Shown one piece after another: positions 10,431 to 19,724 of a DNA stretch of 64,000 bases. The stretch's first letter is position 1. Each line of letters starts with the position of its first letter. The position numbers and the translations under genes were made by a program. The stretch comes from an uncultured Candidatus Rokubacteria bacterium (lineage in GTDB: Bacteria; Methylomirabilota; Methylomirabilia; Rokubacteriales; DASRDR01): assembly GCA_963708025.1 (NCBI GenBank), contig CAVPSB010000015.1:32001-96000 (forward strand), in the 5' to 3' direction. Under the pieces are notes generated by a model, which worked only from the letters and a program-made list of their open reading frames with translations, searched no databases and was not told the DNA's origin.

Positions 10431-10880
10431 TCAGTCGCTGCCGGGCCGGCCCGGGTGGAAGAGAAGGACGGCCACCCCGGCCCTCCGGAAGACGGCCTCG
10501 GCGACGCTCCCGAGCGCCACGCGGCTGATGCCGCTGCGACCGCCCGTGGTCACCGCGATCAGGTCCGCCCCGTACGCGTCGGCTTCCCGGAGGATCTCCT
10601 CGGCCGGGTCGCCGAAGCGGACGACGCATTCCACCGGCACGCCGTCCAGACGCGCGGCCACGCCACGCAGGTAGTCCAGGCCCTCGGCGTCCAGCCGGGC
10701 CATCTCCTGGTCGGCGTACGCCACCACCCGGCCGCCCTTGGCGACGAGCGCCTCAGGCACCGGGGCGACGTGGAGGAGGCGCACCACCGCCCCGCTACCC
10801 CGCGCGGTGTCGGCGATGAGGGGGATGACGGCTTCTGCCGTCGGCGACTGATCCATGGGCACCAGGATTCGCTTCGCCAT
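10431..10880 (-). CDS. Universal stress protein
   Basis: KRILVPMD, RLLHV, GDPAEEIL, LGSVAEAV. Confidence 0.92.
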   Translation of the reverse strand: MAKRILVPMDQSPTAEAVIPLIADTARGSGAVVRLLHVAPVPEALVAKGGRVVAYADQEMARLDAEGLDYLRGVAARLDGVPVECVVRFGDPAEEILREADAYGADLIAVTTGGRSGISRVALGSVAEAVFRRAGVAVLLFHPGRPGSD

Positions 10881-10898
10881 CGAAGTACCCCTTTCCGC

Positions 10899-11288
10899 TC
10901 AAGTGGTCCGGCCCGTGCGCTTCTTGGGCCTCTCGCCGCCCTCCGAGAGGAGGCGCTTGGCCACGTAGTACTTCTTGGGTCGGCGCCGGCTCTCGCGCGC
11001 GCGCTCGATGTCACGTCCGAGCTGTCGCTCGAGGACGGTGAACGCCTCGTCGAAGGCCTGGCGGTGTGTCTGGGCCATGTGCTCGACCCGGACCGCTGGG
11101 CGGCGCGGGAGGCGGATCGTCAGGGCGCAGCGGATGTCGATGCCCCCCTTCGGCCCGTTCTCGTCGACGAACAGGACCTGCGCGCTCACCGGCGTGACGT
11201 GGAGACGGGCCAGTGCCGCGCTCATCTGCCTCCGGACGTGCGCCTGCAGCAGCCGATTGCGGGCGATGCCCTGGATGTCGATCACCAT
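10899..11288 (-). CDS. HPF/RaiA family ribosome-associated protein
   Basis: DENGPKGGIDIRC, AFDEAFTVLERQL. Confidence 0.75.
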   Translation of the reverse strand: MVIDIQGIARNRLLQAHVRRQMSAALARLHVTPVSAQVLFVDENGPKGGIDIRCALTIRLPRRPAVRVEHMAQTHRQAFDEAFTVLERQLGRDIERARESRRRPKKYYVAKRLLSEGGERPKKRTGRTT

Positions 11289-11312
11289 CGTCCTCCTCTC
11301 GCGTCTTTCGGA

Positions 11313-11699
11313 TCAGGCCGGACCGTGGCGGCGATGCCCGGCTCGGCCTTCTTCCTGGTCCGCGGCCTCCCGCTCGAGGTGCCAGCGCAGTCGGTCGCGG
11401 TCCCGGAGGATCTCCTCCGAGGTGCGCACCTCGGCCGTGGGCTCCTGGGCTACGCCGAGCGCCTGGCCGATCTCGTCCACCACGTCCTGATCCGGCGTGG
11501 CGACGCTCCCGCCCACCGCCTCGTCGCCGGACGCGGCGGCCCGCTGCCAGTCCGCATCCACATCGCCGCCGCTCAGCGCGGGACTGGTCTCGCGATGGCC
11601 CGCGATTTCCTCGGCCAGCTTGCCAACTTCACCACGATCCTCGACGCTGGCGCGTGGCGCCGGGCTCGCCTTCTTCGTCCGCCTGGCCTTGCGTTTCAT
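11313..11699 (-). CDS. DUF6335-like hypothetical protein
   Basis: LSGGDVDADW...GDEAVGGSVATPDQDVVDEIG; GAGGAG RBS. Confidence 0.75.
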   Translation of the reverse strand: MKRKARRTKKASPAPRASVEDRGEVGKLAEEIAGHRETSPALSGGDVDADWQRAAASGDEAVGGSVATPDQDVVDEIGQALGVAQEPTAEVRTSEEILRDRDRLRWHLEREAADQEEGRAGHRRHGPA

Positions 11700-11811
11700 G
11701 GCTCCTCGTCGCCTCGGACGGGAGACCGAGAAGCCCGCACCCGCCGGCTCTCCGCTCCCGCGGTTCGAATCGGGATCTCGACCGTGCAAACGGAACACCG
11801 CAGATCGGTAG

Positions 11812-11827
11812 TGCAACGCCGGTGCCA
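11812..11827 (-). promoter_or_regulatory. sigma54-like -24/-12 box
   Basis: Minus strand TGGCACCGGCGTTGCA, upstream of the DUF6335-HPF-USP unit. Confidence 0.7.
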
Positions 11828-11958
11828 CGGCTCTTGCCTGGACAGGGGCCCATCGACGGTCGTCGCTCCCTGGCGCGCCGACTCGCGGAGGTGGCCGAGG
11901 TGCCCGGCCTCGCCTCGGCGCGTGGTGTGGATGACCGGGCGCCGATGGAGCTTCTCCG

Positions 11959-11974
11959 TGGCACTTCCGTTGCA
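11959..11974 (+). promoter_or_regulatory. sigma54-like -24/-12 box
   Basis: TGGCACTTCCGTTGCA, divergent from the previous box. Confidence 0.7.
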
Positions 11975-12076
11975 GCCACGTCAAAGGATGATTCTGCCTC
12001 GCCCGCCACCCGACGAGCCGATCGACGAGCGCGACGACGACTTTCCCGACCTCGACCATTGGGTTCACCTTGCGCC

Positions 12077-12168
12077 GAGAGCGTGTGAAGGAATGGGGTG
12101 CTCCGGCTCCCCCTCCCCCCGGTGGGGGGGAGGGGGGTTGGGGGGTGGGTGGGAGGTCCCGAACTGAG
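12077..12168 (+). repeat. Intergenic repeat family A, copy 2
   Basis: GAGAGCGTGTGAAGGAATGGG...hairpin...GGGAGGTCCCGAACTGAG. Confidence 0.75.
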
Positions 12169-12186
12169 GACCGAGGGGAGGAAGCA

Positions 12187-13143
12187 TTGGGCGACGGGCT
12201 CCCACTGAACGAAGATGTGGCCGTGAAGCTTCGTGAGGCGGCCGACCTCCTGGCTCGACAGGGGGCCAACCCCTTCAGGGTCACGGCGTACCGGCGGGCT
12301 GCCGAGAGCATCGCGCGACTCCCTCGCGGGCTCGACGACGTCCTGCGCGCCGAGGGACCGGCCGGTCTCGACGCACTGCCGCACGTCGGCCCCGGTATCG
12401 CGGCGGCGATTCGGGAGATCGTGCGCACGGGCCGCTGGAGCCTGCTCGATCGCCTGCGTGGCTTGCTGGATCCCGTCGCGCTGTTCGCCACGATTCCGAG
12501 CGTCGGCCCTCAGCTCGCCCGGCGGATCCATGACACGCTTGGCGTCGACACGCTCGAGGCGCTGGAGGTCGCGGCCCACGATGGCCGCCTGGCCGGCGTG
12601 CCGGGGATGGGGCCCCGCCGGGTGGCCGGGATCCGGGCGGCCCTGCAAGCCCTGCTCGGCCGGACCCGGGCGCGGTCGCTGCCGGCGGCCTCCGGTGGCG
12701 CCCCGACCGTCTGGCCGGGCCCGGACGTGACCGTGCTCCTGGACGTCGACCGCGAGTACCGGGACAAGGCGGCCGCCGGCCTCCTGGAGACGATCGCGCC
12801 CCGCCGCTTCAACCTGGACGGCAAGGCCTGGCTGCCCGTGCTGCACACGACGCGGGAGCCGTGGCACTTCACGGCGCTCTACTCCAACACCGCCGCCGCC
12901 CATCAGCTCGGCCGGACGCGCGACTGGGTCGTCGTCTACTTCTACGACGACCATCACCGGGAGGGTCAGCACACCGTCGTGACGGAGACGCGGGGACGCC
13001 TTCGAGGGCGACGGGTGGTGCGCGGTCGAGAAGCCGAATGCGAGACCCTGTATGGCAGCGTGGCGAGCCACCCGGCCAGCCATCCTCGTACGCGGGGCCG
13101 AGCCGTCTCCGCCCAGGGAGGTGCTCGTGCCGCGGGGAGGTGA
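12187..13143 (+). CDS. Helix-hairpin-helix protein resembling the PolX N-terminal region, without a polymerase domain
   Basis: NPFRVTAYRRAA, LPHVGPGIA, IPSVGPQLA, VPGMGPRR HhH motifs; TTG start with GGAGG. Confidence 0.8.
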   Translation: MGDGLPLNEDVAVKLREAADLLARQGANPFRVTAYRRAAESIARLPRGLDDVLRAEGPAGLDALPHVGPGIAAAIREIVRTGRWSLLDRLRGLLDPVALFATIPSVGPQLARRIHDTLGVDTLEALEVAAHDGRLAGVPGMGPRRVAGIRAALQALLGRTRARSLPAASGGAPTVWPGPDVTVLLDVDREYRDKAAAGLLETIAPRRFNLDGKAWLPVLHTTREPWHFTALYSNTAAAHQLGRTRDWVVVYFYDDHHREGQHTVVTETRGRLRGRRVVRGREAECETLYGSVASHPASHPRTRGRAVSAQGGARAAGR

Positions 13144-13249
13144 TCAGACACGGGAGGAGTCCGCTTCTGTAAACCGCCCGCGCACCTCGTGACCCCGCCG
13201 ACCGATCCTCGGGGGACAACACGCTCGGACTCCACCGCCCCCGGCTGCC

Positions 13250-13625
13250 TCCGCTCGACCTGGAACGGCTGGATCGGGAGGCGCGCGTCGCAATGGCTGC
13301 CGGTGGCGTCGCCCCGATCGCGCGCCGCTATGCCTCGCCGCTGGAGGACCTGAGGACCACGCCGACGGTCATCTACCTCCAGTCGCTCCTCGCCACGAGC
13401 GGCGGGCTCCCGGATGCTGCCGCGCTCCGCCTCCCGATGCTCGCCCTGGTCGCATCCGGGGACTGCTGGGCGACCCCGCCATCACCCAGCGGACCCTGGG
13501 TGCCATTCCGGGGTGGCGGGTCCAGCGCCTCGACGCGGCGCACTGGATCCCGACCGAGCGGCCGGAGGAGCTCAGGCGCGCGATCGATGCCTGGTGCCGA
13601 GAGATCTGGAGCGATCGAACGTGAC
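13250..13625 (+). pseudogene. C-terminal remnant of an alpha/beta hydrolase
   Basis: Frameshifted LPMLALVASG...LDAAHWIPTERPEELRRAIDAW; no N-terminus. Confidence 0.5.
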
Positions 13626-13741
13626 GGGTGAATGGGGCATGCGTGCCCCGCTGGGGCGGCGCTGGGACAGCGCCAGCGCGACCGGGCGCCTCTCGGGAGT
13701 CCGAACCGGCGCCGAGCCGCCCTCCGCGCGGACCAATACCC

Positions 13742-13757
13742 TGGCACGCCGGTTGCG
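13742..13757 (+). promoter_or_regulatory. sigma54-like -24/-12 box
   Basis: TGGCACGCCGGTTGCG matches TGGCACG-N4-TTGC exactly. Confidence 0.7.
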
Positions 13758-14005
13758 GTCGCCGGGCGACATGGTCCATTCGCTCCCCGGCTCCCCGGCG
13801 TTGGTGAGGGCAACCCACGCGCCCGGGCTCCGACGATGAACCGCGTCCCGAGACACAGGTGGTCGAGCGCGAGGGAGACGATCTCCACCAAGGAGTCGCA
13901 GCGCGTGTCCGGGTGGAACGAGCGCCCGACAGCCGGGCGATGAGCTCGATCGTCGGCGTGGGCCCAGACCGCAGCCGGGCCTCTTGGGCCCGAGCGGAGG
14001 AGACG

Positions 14006-14437
14006 ATGAGCGCCAGGCAGCGGGGTCGAAAGACCGAGCAGGGTCGTGTGAAGAAGCGTGCGAAGAAGAGCAAAGCCGAAAAGGCGGCCACCACCCGGAA
14101 GGGGGCCACCACCCGGAAGGGGGCCACCACCCGGAAGGCGGCCACCACCCGGAAGGCGGCCACCACCCGGAAGGCGGCCACCACCCGGAAGGCGGCCACC
14201 ACCCGGAAGGCGGCCACCACCCGGAAGGAGATGACCGCCCCCAAGAAGACGCGGACCAAGGCCCCTCGGGCGAGTGCACCGATGCGAAAGGTGGCGCCAG
14301 CGTCGGCGCCTCCGGTGGACGTCTGGGAGCCCGGCGAGAGGATGCCGGTAGCGGGACCCCAGGCGCCTCTCGTGGGCGTCATCGAGGTGACCACCGTGGA
14401 AGTCCTGGCGGTGCAGGACCCGTCCACGACGCCATAG
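14006..14437 (+). CDS. Basic histone H1-like protein with (K-A/G-ATTR)x8
   Basis: GGAGGAG RBS; Lys/Arg/Ala/Thr-rich repeat. Confidence 0.7.
   Translation: MSARQRGRKTEQGRVKKRAKKSKAEKAATTRKGATTRKGATTRKAATTRKAATTRKAATTRKAATTRKAATTRKEMTAPKKTRTKAPRASAPMRKVAPASAPPVDVWEPGERMPVAGPQAPLVGVIEVTTVEVLAVQDPSTTP
14081..14224 (+). repeat. 18-bp coding tandem repeat x8 (AAGGSGGCCACCACCCGG)
   Basis: Read directly; units 2 and 3 have GGG in place of GCG. Confidence 0.95.
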
Positions 14438-14530
14438 GCGAAGCCAGTACCACCCAAGAGGGCGGGGATCTCCGCCGGGCCGGCAGGGTCGGCGGGGAGC
14501 GCGGAGGCTCGGCCCGCGGGGCGAGCCCGG

Positions 14531-16711
14531 TCAGGCTCCAGGCGATCTCGTGGGCGGGTCCGCCCCTGACCCCGCCGCCCCGGCCGCGGCGGCCATGGCG
14601 TAGAAGCGCTCCACGTACTCTTTCAGCGTCCGCCGCGTCGAGAAGGCCGGCGCCACGGTCTCGATCGTGCGGCGCACGACCCGGAGCCAGCCGCGTGGGA
14701 TGCCGTCCGGGCCCCGATCGTAGTAGAGCGGCACCACGGTCTGCTCCAGCAGCCGGTACAGCGCCTCGGCGTCGGCCGCGTCCCGGGCATCCGGGTCGGC
14801 CGGCTCCCCGTCCGCCTCCCCGATCGCCCAGCCGTTCGTCCCGTCGTAGGCCTCGACCCACCAGCCGTCGAGGACGGACAGATGCGGCACCCCGTTGAGG
14901 GCCGCCTTCTGGCCGCTCGTGCCGCTCGCCTCCATCGGGGGGCGCGGGGTGTTGAGCCACGCGTCCACCCCCGCGATGAGGTATCGGGCCGCCTCCATGT
15001 CGTAGTCCTCGACGAACGCGACCCGGCCGGCCAGCTCCGGATCCCGGCTGGCCGCGTAGATCTGCCGCAGGAGTTGTTTGGCGGGCTCGTCGGCGGGGTG
15101 GGCCTTCCCGGCGAAGACGAGCTGGACCGGCCGCCGGGAATCCGTGAGGAGCCTGTGCAGCCGCTTCGAATCGCGGAGGACGAGCGTCGCCCGCTTGTAG
15201 TCCGCGAAGCGCCGGGCGAAACCGAGGGTGAGGGCGGCGGGATCGAGCAGCGAGCCGGCTGCCAGCACCTGCCCGGGATCACCGCGGTGCTCGACCCACT
15301 GACGGCGGGCCCGCTCCCGCAGGTAGTGGGCGAGCCGCTGCTTCAGCACGCAGCGGGCCGGCCAGAGCTCCGCGTCCGGAATCTCGGCCACGCGGCGCCA
15401 CAGGCCGGGCTCGTCGTGGCGGCGCACCCAGTCCGGGGCCAGGTAGCGCTGGTAGAGCGCATCCATCTCGTCGGCCACCCAGGTGGGGACGTGGACCCCG
15501 TTGGTGATGGCGACGATCGGGACGCGGTCCTCCGGCGTCTCGGGCCAGAGGCCCCGCCACATCCGCCGGGAGACCGCGCCGTGGCGGCGACTCACGGCGT
15601 TCCGGAAATCGGCCAGGCGCAGTGCCAGGGCCGTCATGTTGAAGGCCGGGCCCCACGGTTCCTGGTGCAGCGCCAGGGCCAGCATCTGCTCGCGGTCGGC
15701 CCCGAGCGTGGGCCAGTACACCCCGACGTGCTTGAGGTACTGCTCGACCATCGCCAGGGGGAAGGCGTCGTGGCCGGCGGCGACGGGGGTGTGCGTGCTG
15801 AACACCGTGGTGGCGCGAACGGCCCCCAGCGCCGGATCGAAGCCGATGCCCGCCGCCATGAGCTCACGGACGCGCTCGACCATCATGAACGCCGTGTGCC
15901 CCTCGTTCGCGTGCCACACGCGGGGGGCAATCCCGAGCGCGCGAAGGACGCGGACGCCGCCGATCCCCAGGACGAGCTCCTGCCGTAGCCGCAGCTCCTG
16001 GTCCCCGCCGTAGAGCCGCGCCGACAGCTCACGGTCCCACGGCGCGTTCTCCGAGAGATCGGTGTCCATGAGGAAGAGCCGGGACCGGCCGACGTCAACC
16101 CTCCACACCGCCACGCGCAGCTCGTGGTCGGGGAAGCGGAGCGGCACCACGCACGGCATCCCCTCGCGCGTGCAGGCGGGCTCCACCGGGGCGGCTCGGC
16201 GGTCGATCGCCTCCGAGACCTCCTCCTGGCGGCCGGCGGGGTTCACGTGCTGGTGGAAATAGCCCTGCGGGTACATGAACCCCACCCCCACCCAGGGCAG
16301 GCCGAGATCGCTGGCTTCCTTGGCCAGGTCGCCGGCCAGGATGCCGAGCCCGCCTGCATAGCTGGGGAGCGAGCCATGGACGCCGTACTCGAAGGAGAAG
16401 TAGGCGATCGGAGCGGCGGTCAGCTCCGGGTGCGCCCCCGCGCACCAGCCGTGCCGATCCGTCGTCTCGGCGTCGAAGGCCTCGAGCACGGCGGCGAGGT
16501 GCCGCACGAAGCGGCCGTCGTCAGCCAGCTCGTCCAGGCGCTCGCCGGGCACGTCGGCCAGCAGGCGGACCGGGTTGTACCCGCTCCGGCGCCAGAGCAC
16601 CGGGTCGATCGACTTGAACAGCGCCCGCGCCTCGGGGTGCCAGCTCCACCAGAGGTTACGGGCGAGCTCGCCGAGCCGCCGGAGCATCGGCGGAACGGGC
16701 CGGACGGTCAT
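14531..16711 (-). CDS. glgP: Alpha-glucan (glycogen) phosphorylase
   Basis: LARNLWWSW, YAGGLGILAGD, EASGTSGQKAALNG PLP motif. Confidence 0.95.
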   Translation of the reverse strand: MTVRPVPPMLRRLGELARNLWWSWHPEARALFKSIDPVLWRRSGYNPVRLLADVPGERLDELADDGRFVRHLAAVLEAFDAETTDRHGWCAGAHPELTAAPIAYFSFEYGVHGSLPSYAGGLGILAGDLAKEASDLGLPWVGVGFMYPQGYFHQHVNPAGRQEEVSEAIDRRAAPVEPACTREGMPCVVPLRFPDHELRVAVWRVDVGRSRLFLMDTDLSENAPWDRELSARLYGGDQELRLRQELVLGIGGVRVLRALGIAPRVWHANEGHTAFMMVERVRELMAAGIGFDPALGAVRATTVFSTHTPVAAGHDAFPLAMVEQYLKHVGVYWPTLGADREQMLALALHQEPWGPAFNMTALALRLADFRNAVSRRHGAVSRRMWRGLWPETPEDRVPIVAITNGVHVPTWVADEMDALYQRYLAPDWVRRHDEPGLWRRVAEIPDAELWPARCVLKQRLAHYLRERARRQWVEHRGDPGQVLAAGSLLDPAALTLGFARRFADYKRATLVLRDSKRLHRLLTDSRRPVQLVFAGKAHPADEPAKQLLRQIYAASRDPELAGRVAFVEDYDMEAARYLIAGVDAWLNTPRPPMEASGTSGQKAALNGVPHLSVLDGWWVEAYDGTNGWAIGEADGEPADPDARDAADAEALYRLLEQTVVPLYYDRGPDGIPRGWLRVVRRTIETVAPAFSTRRTLKEYVERFYAMAAAAGAAGSGADPPTRSPGA

Positions 16712-16725
16712 GGTGTCAGCACGCG

Positions 16726-16741
16726 TGCAACGACGGTGCCG
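16726..16741 (-). promoter_or_regulatory. sigma54-like -24/-12 box
   Basis: Minus strand CGGCACCGTCGTTGCA, just upstream of glgP. Confidence 0.55.
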
Positions 16742-16934
16742 CGCGAGGGAGGGCCGATCGCCCGTCGAATCGGTCGGTTGCCACTGAAGGCCACGTGAAG
16801 GCCGCGCGCCTGTGGCAGCGATGTCCCGGTCGGACATCGCCGACCCATCGAGGTCGCCCCGGGAGATCCTGGAGCCACCTGCCGAAGACGGCCGGAACCA
16901 CCACGGAGGACGACCCGGTCAAGGAGTCCCGACG

Positions 16935-16950
16935 TGGCAGGCCCGTTGCA
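16935..16950 (+). promoter_or_regulatory. sigma54-like -24/-12 box
   Basis: TGGCAGGCCCGTTGCA. Confidence 0.6.
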
Positions 16951-16978
16951 ACCCGGGAATCGGAAGGAGGAGCCAGCC

Positions 16979-17125
16979 ATGTCCCGGGTTGTGACGGTAG
17001 GTAGGCGCGTCGTGGCGTTCGGGCGGGCCGCCGTGCTCGAGGGCCGAGAGGAGCCGCCCATCGGGGCGAGTGGCCAGGCGTCCACCGTGCGGGTCCCGGG
17101 TGCCAGCCGGCACCTCTGTTCATAG
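16979..17125 (+). CDS. Small hypothetical protein (48 aa)
   Basis: Strong AAGGAGG RBS after a sigma54-like box; ends 11 nt before the protease gene. Confidence 0.35.
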   Translation: MSRVVTVGRRVVAFGRAAVLEGREEPPIGASGQASTVRVPGASRHLCS

Positions 17126-17136
17126 GGGACGCTCCC

Positions 17137-18267
17137 ATGCGGGGCATCCGGTCGGCGTTCGTCCTTCTGCTGCTCTTCACGGGAGTCTGGGTAGCGTCCG
17201 CGGTGGGGCCGCCGTGGCAGCGGGAATCGCCGGCGCGCCCGACCGACGAGCGGGCCGGACCCGAGGCGCTCGAGCGTCGGCTGGCGGTGACCGACAGCCG
17301 GCTCGAGGCGCTGGGACGCGAGTTCGCCAGCCTGACGGCCCTCTTGCGCGAGCGGGAGGCCCGGCTCGACGCCATGGCCGCGCGCGTGCGGGGCCTGGAG
17401 CAGGACGTGCGGGCGGGCGAGCGCGTCCTGTCGGACTCCGCAAACGGCGTGGCGCTCATTCAGGCGACGGTCCGCTACGAGGACGCCACCGGGCGACCCC
17501 TCCGGTATCGGCGCGCCGAGACGCGTCGGCCCTGGCGGGGCGTGCTCGGCCCCCCGTCGGTGGGCGTCGACGGCGATGGCGCGGTCGTGACCACGACCTT
17601 CCTCGGGACGGGCTTCCTCGTCGGGCGCGACGGGACGGTGGTGACCAGCCGGCACGTCGCCCGGCCCTGGGAGACCGAGGCCGAGCTGGACGGGCTGCGA
17701 AAGCTCGGGGTGGAGCCACGTCTCGCCGAGCTGCGCGCCTTTTTCCCCGCGTTGACCCAGCCGGTCCCGCTGACCCCGCTCCGTGTGTCCGACGCTTCGG
17801 ATGTCATGGTGCTGAGGGCGAGCCTCCGCCCCGGCTCGGTGCCGGTCCTCTCGCTCGACCCGGGTCCCGTCGTGCCGGGCCGTGCCGTCTTGCTGCTGGG
17901 CTACCCGGCCGGCCTCGAGCTCCTGCTCGCCCGGATCGAGCCGACCGTGCTCCGGACCCTGGTCGGCGACGAGGTCGAGGAGATCGCCGACGATACCGTC
18001 AACGTGCCGGATCTCTTGAGCAAGCTGGCGCGGCGCGGCCTCATCCGCCCCCATGCGAGCTGGGGGCATGTCGTGGACGCGCGACCACATCTCATCACGT
18101 ACGATGCCCGGACGGCGATGGGCGGGAGCGGCGGCCCCGTTCTGACCGCGGCGGGACGGGTCATCGGGGTGAACCAGGCGGTCCTGTCGGATTTCGACGC
18201 CGTGGGGCTCGGGATCCCGATCCGCCACGCCCTCACGCTCCTGCGGGGGCGGCCGCTGCCCCCGTAG
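17137..18267 (+). CDS. Secreted trypsin-like serine protease with an N-terminal coiled coil
   Basis: Signal/TM segment; GTGFLV, TSRHVA, SDV, GGSGGP triad. Confidence 0.85.
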   Translation: MRGIRSAFVLLLLFTGVWVASAVGPPWQRESPARPTDERAGPEALERRLAVTDSRLEALGREFASLTALLREREARLDAMAARVRGLEQDVRAGERVLSDSANGVALIQATVRYEDATGRPLRYRRAETRRPWRGVLGPPSVGVDGDGAVVTTTFLGTGFLVGRDGTVVTSRHVARPWETEAELDGLRKLGVEPRLAELRAFFPALTQPVPLTPLRVSDASDVMVLRASLRPGSVPVLSLDPGPVVPGRAVLLLGYPAGLELLLARIEPTVLRTLVGDEVEEIADDTVNVPDLLSKLARRGLIRPHASWGHVVDARPHLITYDARTAMGGSGGPVLTAAGRVIGVNQAVLSDFDAVGLGIPIRHALTLLRGRPLPP

Positions 18268-18414
18268 TCCCGAGTCGGGCCCTGGAGATACCCGCGGCCC
18301 GTGGCGCCGGCGCGTCGTCGTGGTCGGGCTCCAGGGTGATCGGGGAAGGGGAGAACGCCCGGCTTCCGCCCGACCGCGGCCGCTCGAGACCGAGCGAACG
18401 GAGGCATGTGAGCG

Positions 18415-19359
18415 ATGAGCCCGGTTCAGCGGATCCTGTGTGGCACCGACCTGTCCCCCGCCTCCGAGCCCGCCTGGGTCGAGGCGCAGCGCCTCGCCCG
18501 GGTGCTCGGCGCCGAGATCGTCTTGCTGCACGTGGTGTCCCCGCTCGTGATCCCGCCCGAAGTGGCCGGGGAGTTCTACGTGCCGCCCCACCTGTACCAG
18601 CAGCTCGCGGACGACGCCGATCGGGACGCGCAGGATCGGCTGGCGCAACTTCGCGATCAGCGGGCCGCGGCCTCGGTCAAGGTGACCACGCGGGTCGAGC
18701 ACGGGTTCCCCGCGGACACGATCCTGCGCGCGGCCGGCGACCGCGGAGGGGACATCGTCGTGCTGGGGACCCACGGTCGAACCGGGCTCGGCCGGGTGCT
18801 GCTCGGCAGCGTGGCCGATCGGGTCATCCGGCTCGCCCCGTGTCCGGTGGTCACGGCCCGGGCTCGACCCGGCGGGCCCGTGGCGGTACCGGGGCGCCTC
18901 ACCCGGATCTGCTACGCCACCGACTTCTCGGCCTCCGCCCACGCGGCGTGGCCCTGGGTCGTGACCCTCGCCGAGGCCGCCCAGGCGGAGGTCAACCTGG
19001 TGCACGTCCCCCCGGAGGTGGTCACCCGCCGCGAGTTCCCGGCCGCGGTGATCGGGCAGATGGCCGAGGGATTCCACGCGTACGGCGCGGCCCAGGCGCA
19101 GCGCTTGATCGATGCCGGCCCGCTGCCGCCGGCTCGGATTCACCCCCTGATCCTCACCGGGACGCCGGCGGAGGCGATCCTCCGGTCGGCGGAGACGCGG
19201 GCGGCCGATCTGATCGTCATGGGCACGCGTGGCTGGTCGGGGCTCCGCCGATGGATGCTGGGCTCCGTCGCCCTCCACGTCGTCCAGGCCGCCCCGTGCG
19301 CGGTCCTGACCGTCGGCCCGCGCGCTCCGGAAGGCGAGGAGTCGCTGCTTGGCCCCTGA
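18415..19359 (+). CDS. Tandem-domain universal stress protein
   Basis: Two USP domains (GTHGRTG..LGSVA; GTRGWSG..LGSVA). Confidence 0.92.
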   Translation: MSPVQRILCGTDLSPASEPAWVEAQRLARVLGAEIVLLHVVSPLVIPPEVAGEFYVPPHLYQQLADDADRDAQDRLAQLRDQRAAASVKVTTRVEHGFPADTILRAAGDRGGDIVVLGTHGRTGLGRVLLGSVADRVIRLAPCPVVTARARPGGPVAVPGRLTRICYATDFSASAHAAWPWVVTLAEAAQAEVNLVHVPPEVVTRREFPAAVIGQMAEGFHAYGAAQAQRLIDAGPLPPARIHPLILTGTPAEAILRSAETRAADLIVMGTRGWSGLRRWMLGSVALHVVQAAPCAVLTVGPRAPEGEESLLGP

Positions 19360-19380
19360 GGGCCTCGCGAGGGCGAGCAG

Positions 19381-19662
19381 GTGGAGGACATGGCTGCCGG
19401 AGGCGTGAGTCCTCACAAGCTCGGCGTGGTGCTGGGCGCGTTTGTCGCGTGCTGGCACCTCACGTGGTCGGTGCTCGTCCTGCTCGGGTGGGCGCAGCCG
19501 GTGATCGATTTCGTCTTCTGGCTGCACTTCATCACCCCGCCGTACCAGGTCGGCCCGTTCGTCTTCTGGCGCGCGCTGGCCCTCGTGGTCGTCACCGCGA
19601 TGGTCGGCTATGCCGTCGGTGGCCTCATCGGCGCGATCTGGAAGCGAGTGCACGGAGCCTAG
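19381..19662 (+). CDS. Small membrane protein
   Basis: Hydrophobic 93 aa with two TM-like segments; operon position. Confidence 0.7.
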   Translation: MEDMAAGGVSPHKLGVVLGAFVACWHLTWSVLVLLGWAQPVIDFVFWLHFITPPYQVGPFVFWRALALVVVTAMVGYAVGGLIGAIWKRVHGA

Positions 19663-19724
19663 CGGGTCGGCCGGGGGATGGCGCACGACGGCCACGAATC
19701 GGACGTCCGGGCGAGGGGGAAGGG

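Noticed and set aside
11755-11780. GGTTCGAATC as a tRNA T-loop
   Set aside because: No T-stem pairing, acceptor stem or cloverleaf around it
14081-14224. Tandem repeat as a CRISPR array
   Set aside because: The units are contiguous with no spacers, are in frame, and no cas genes are present
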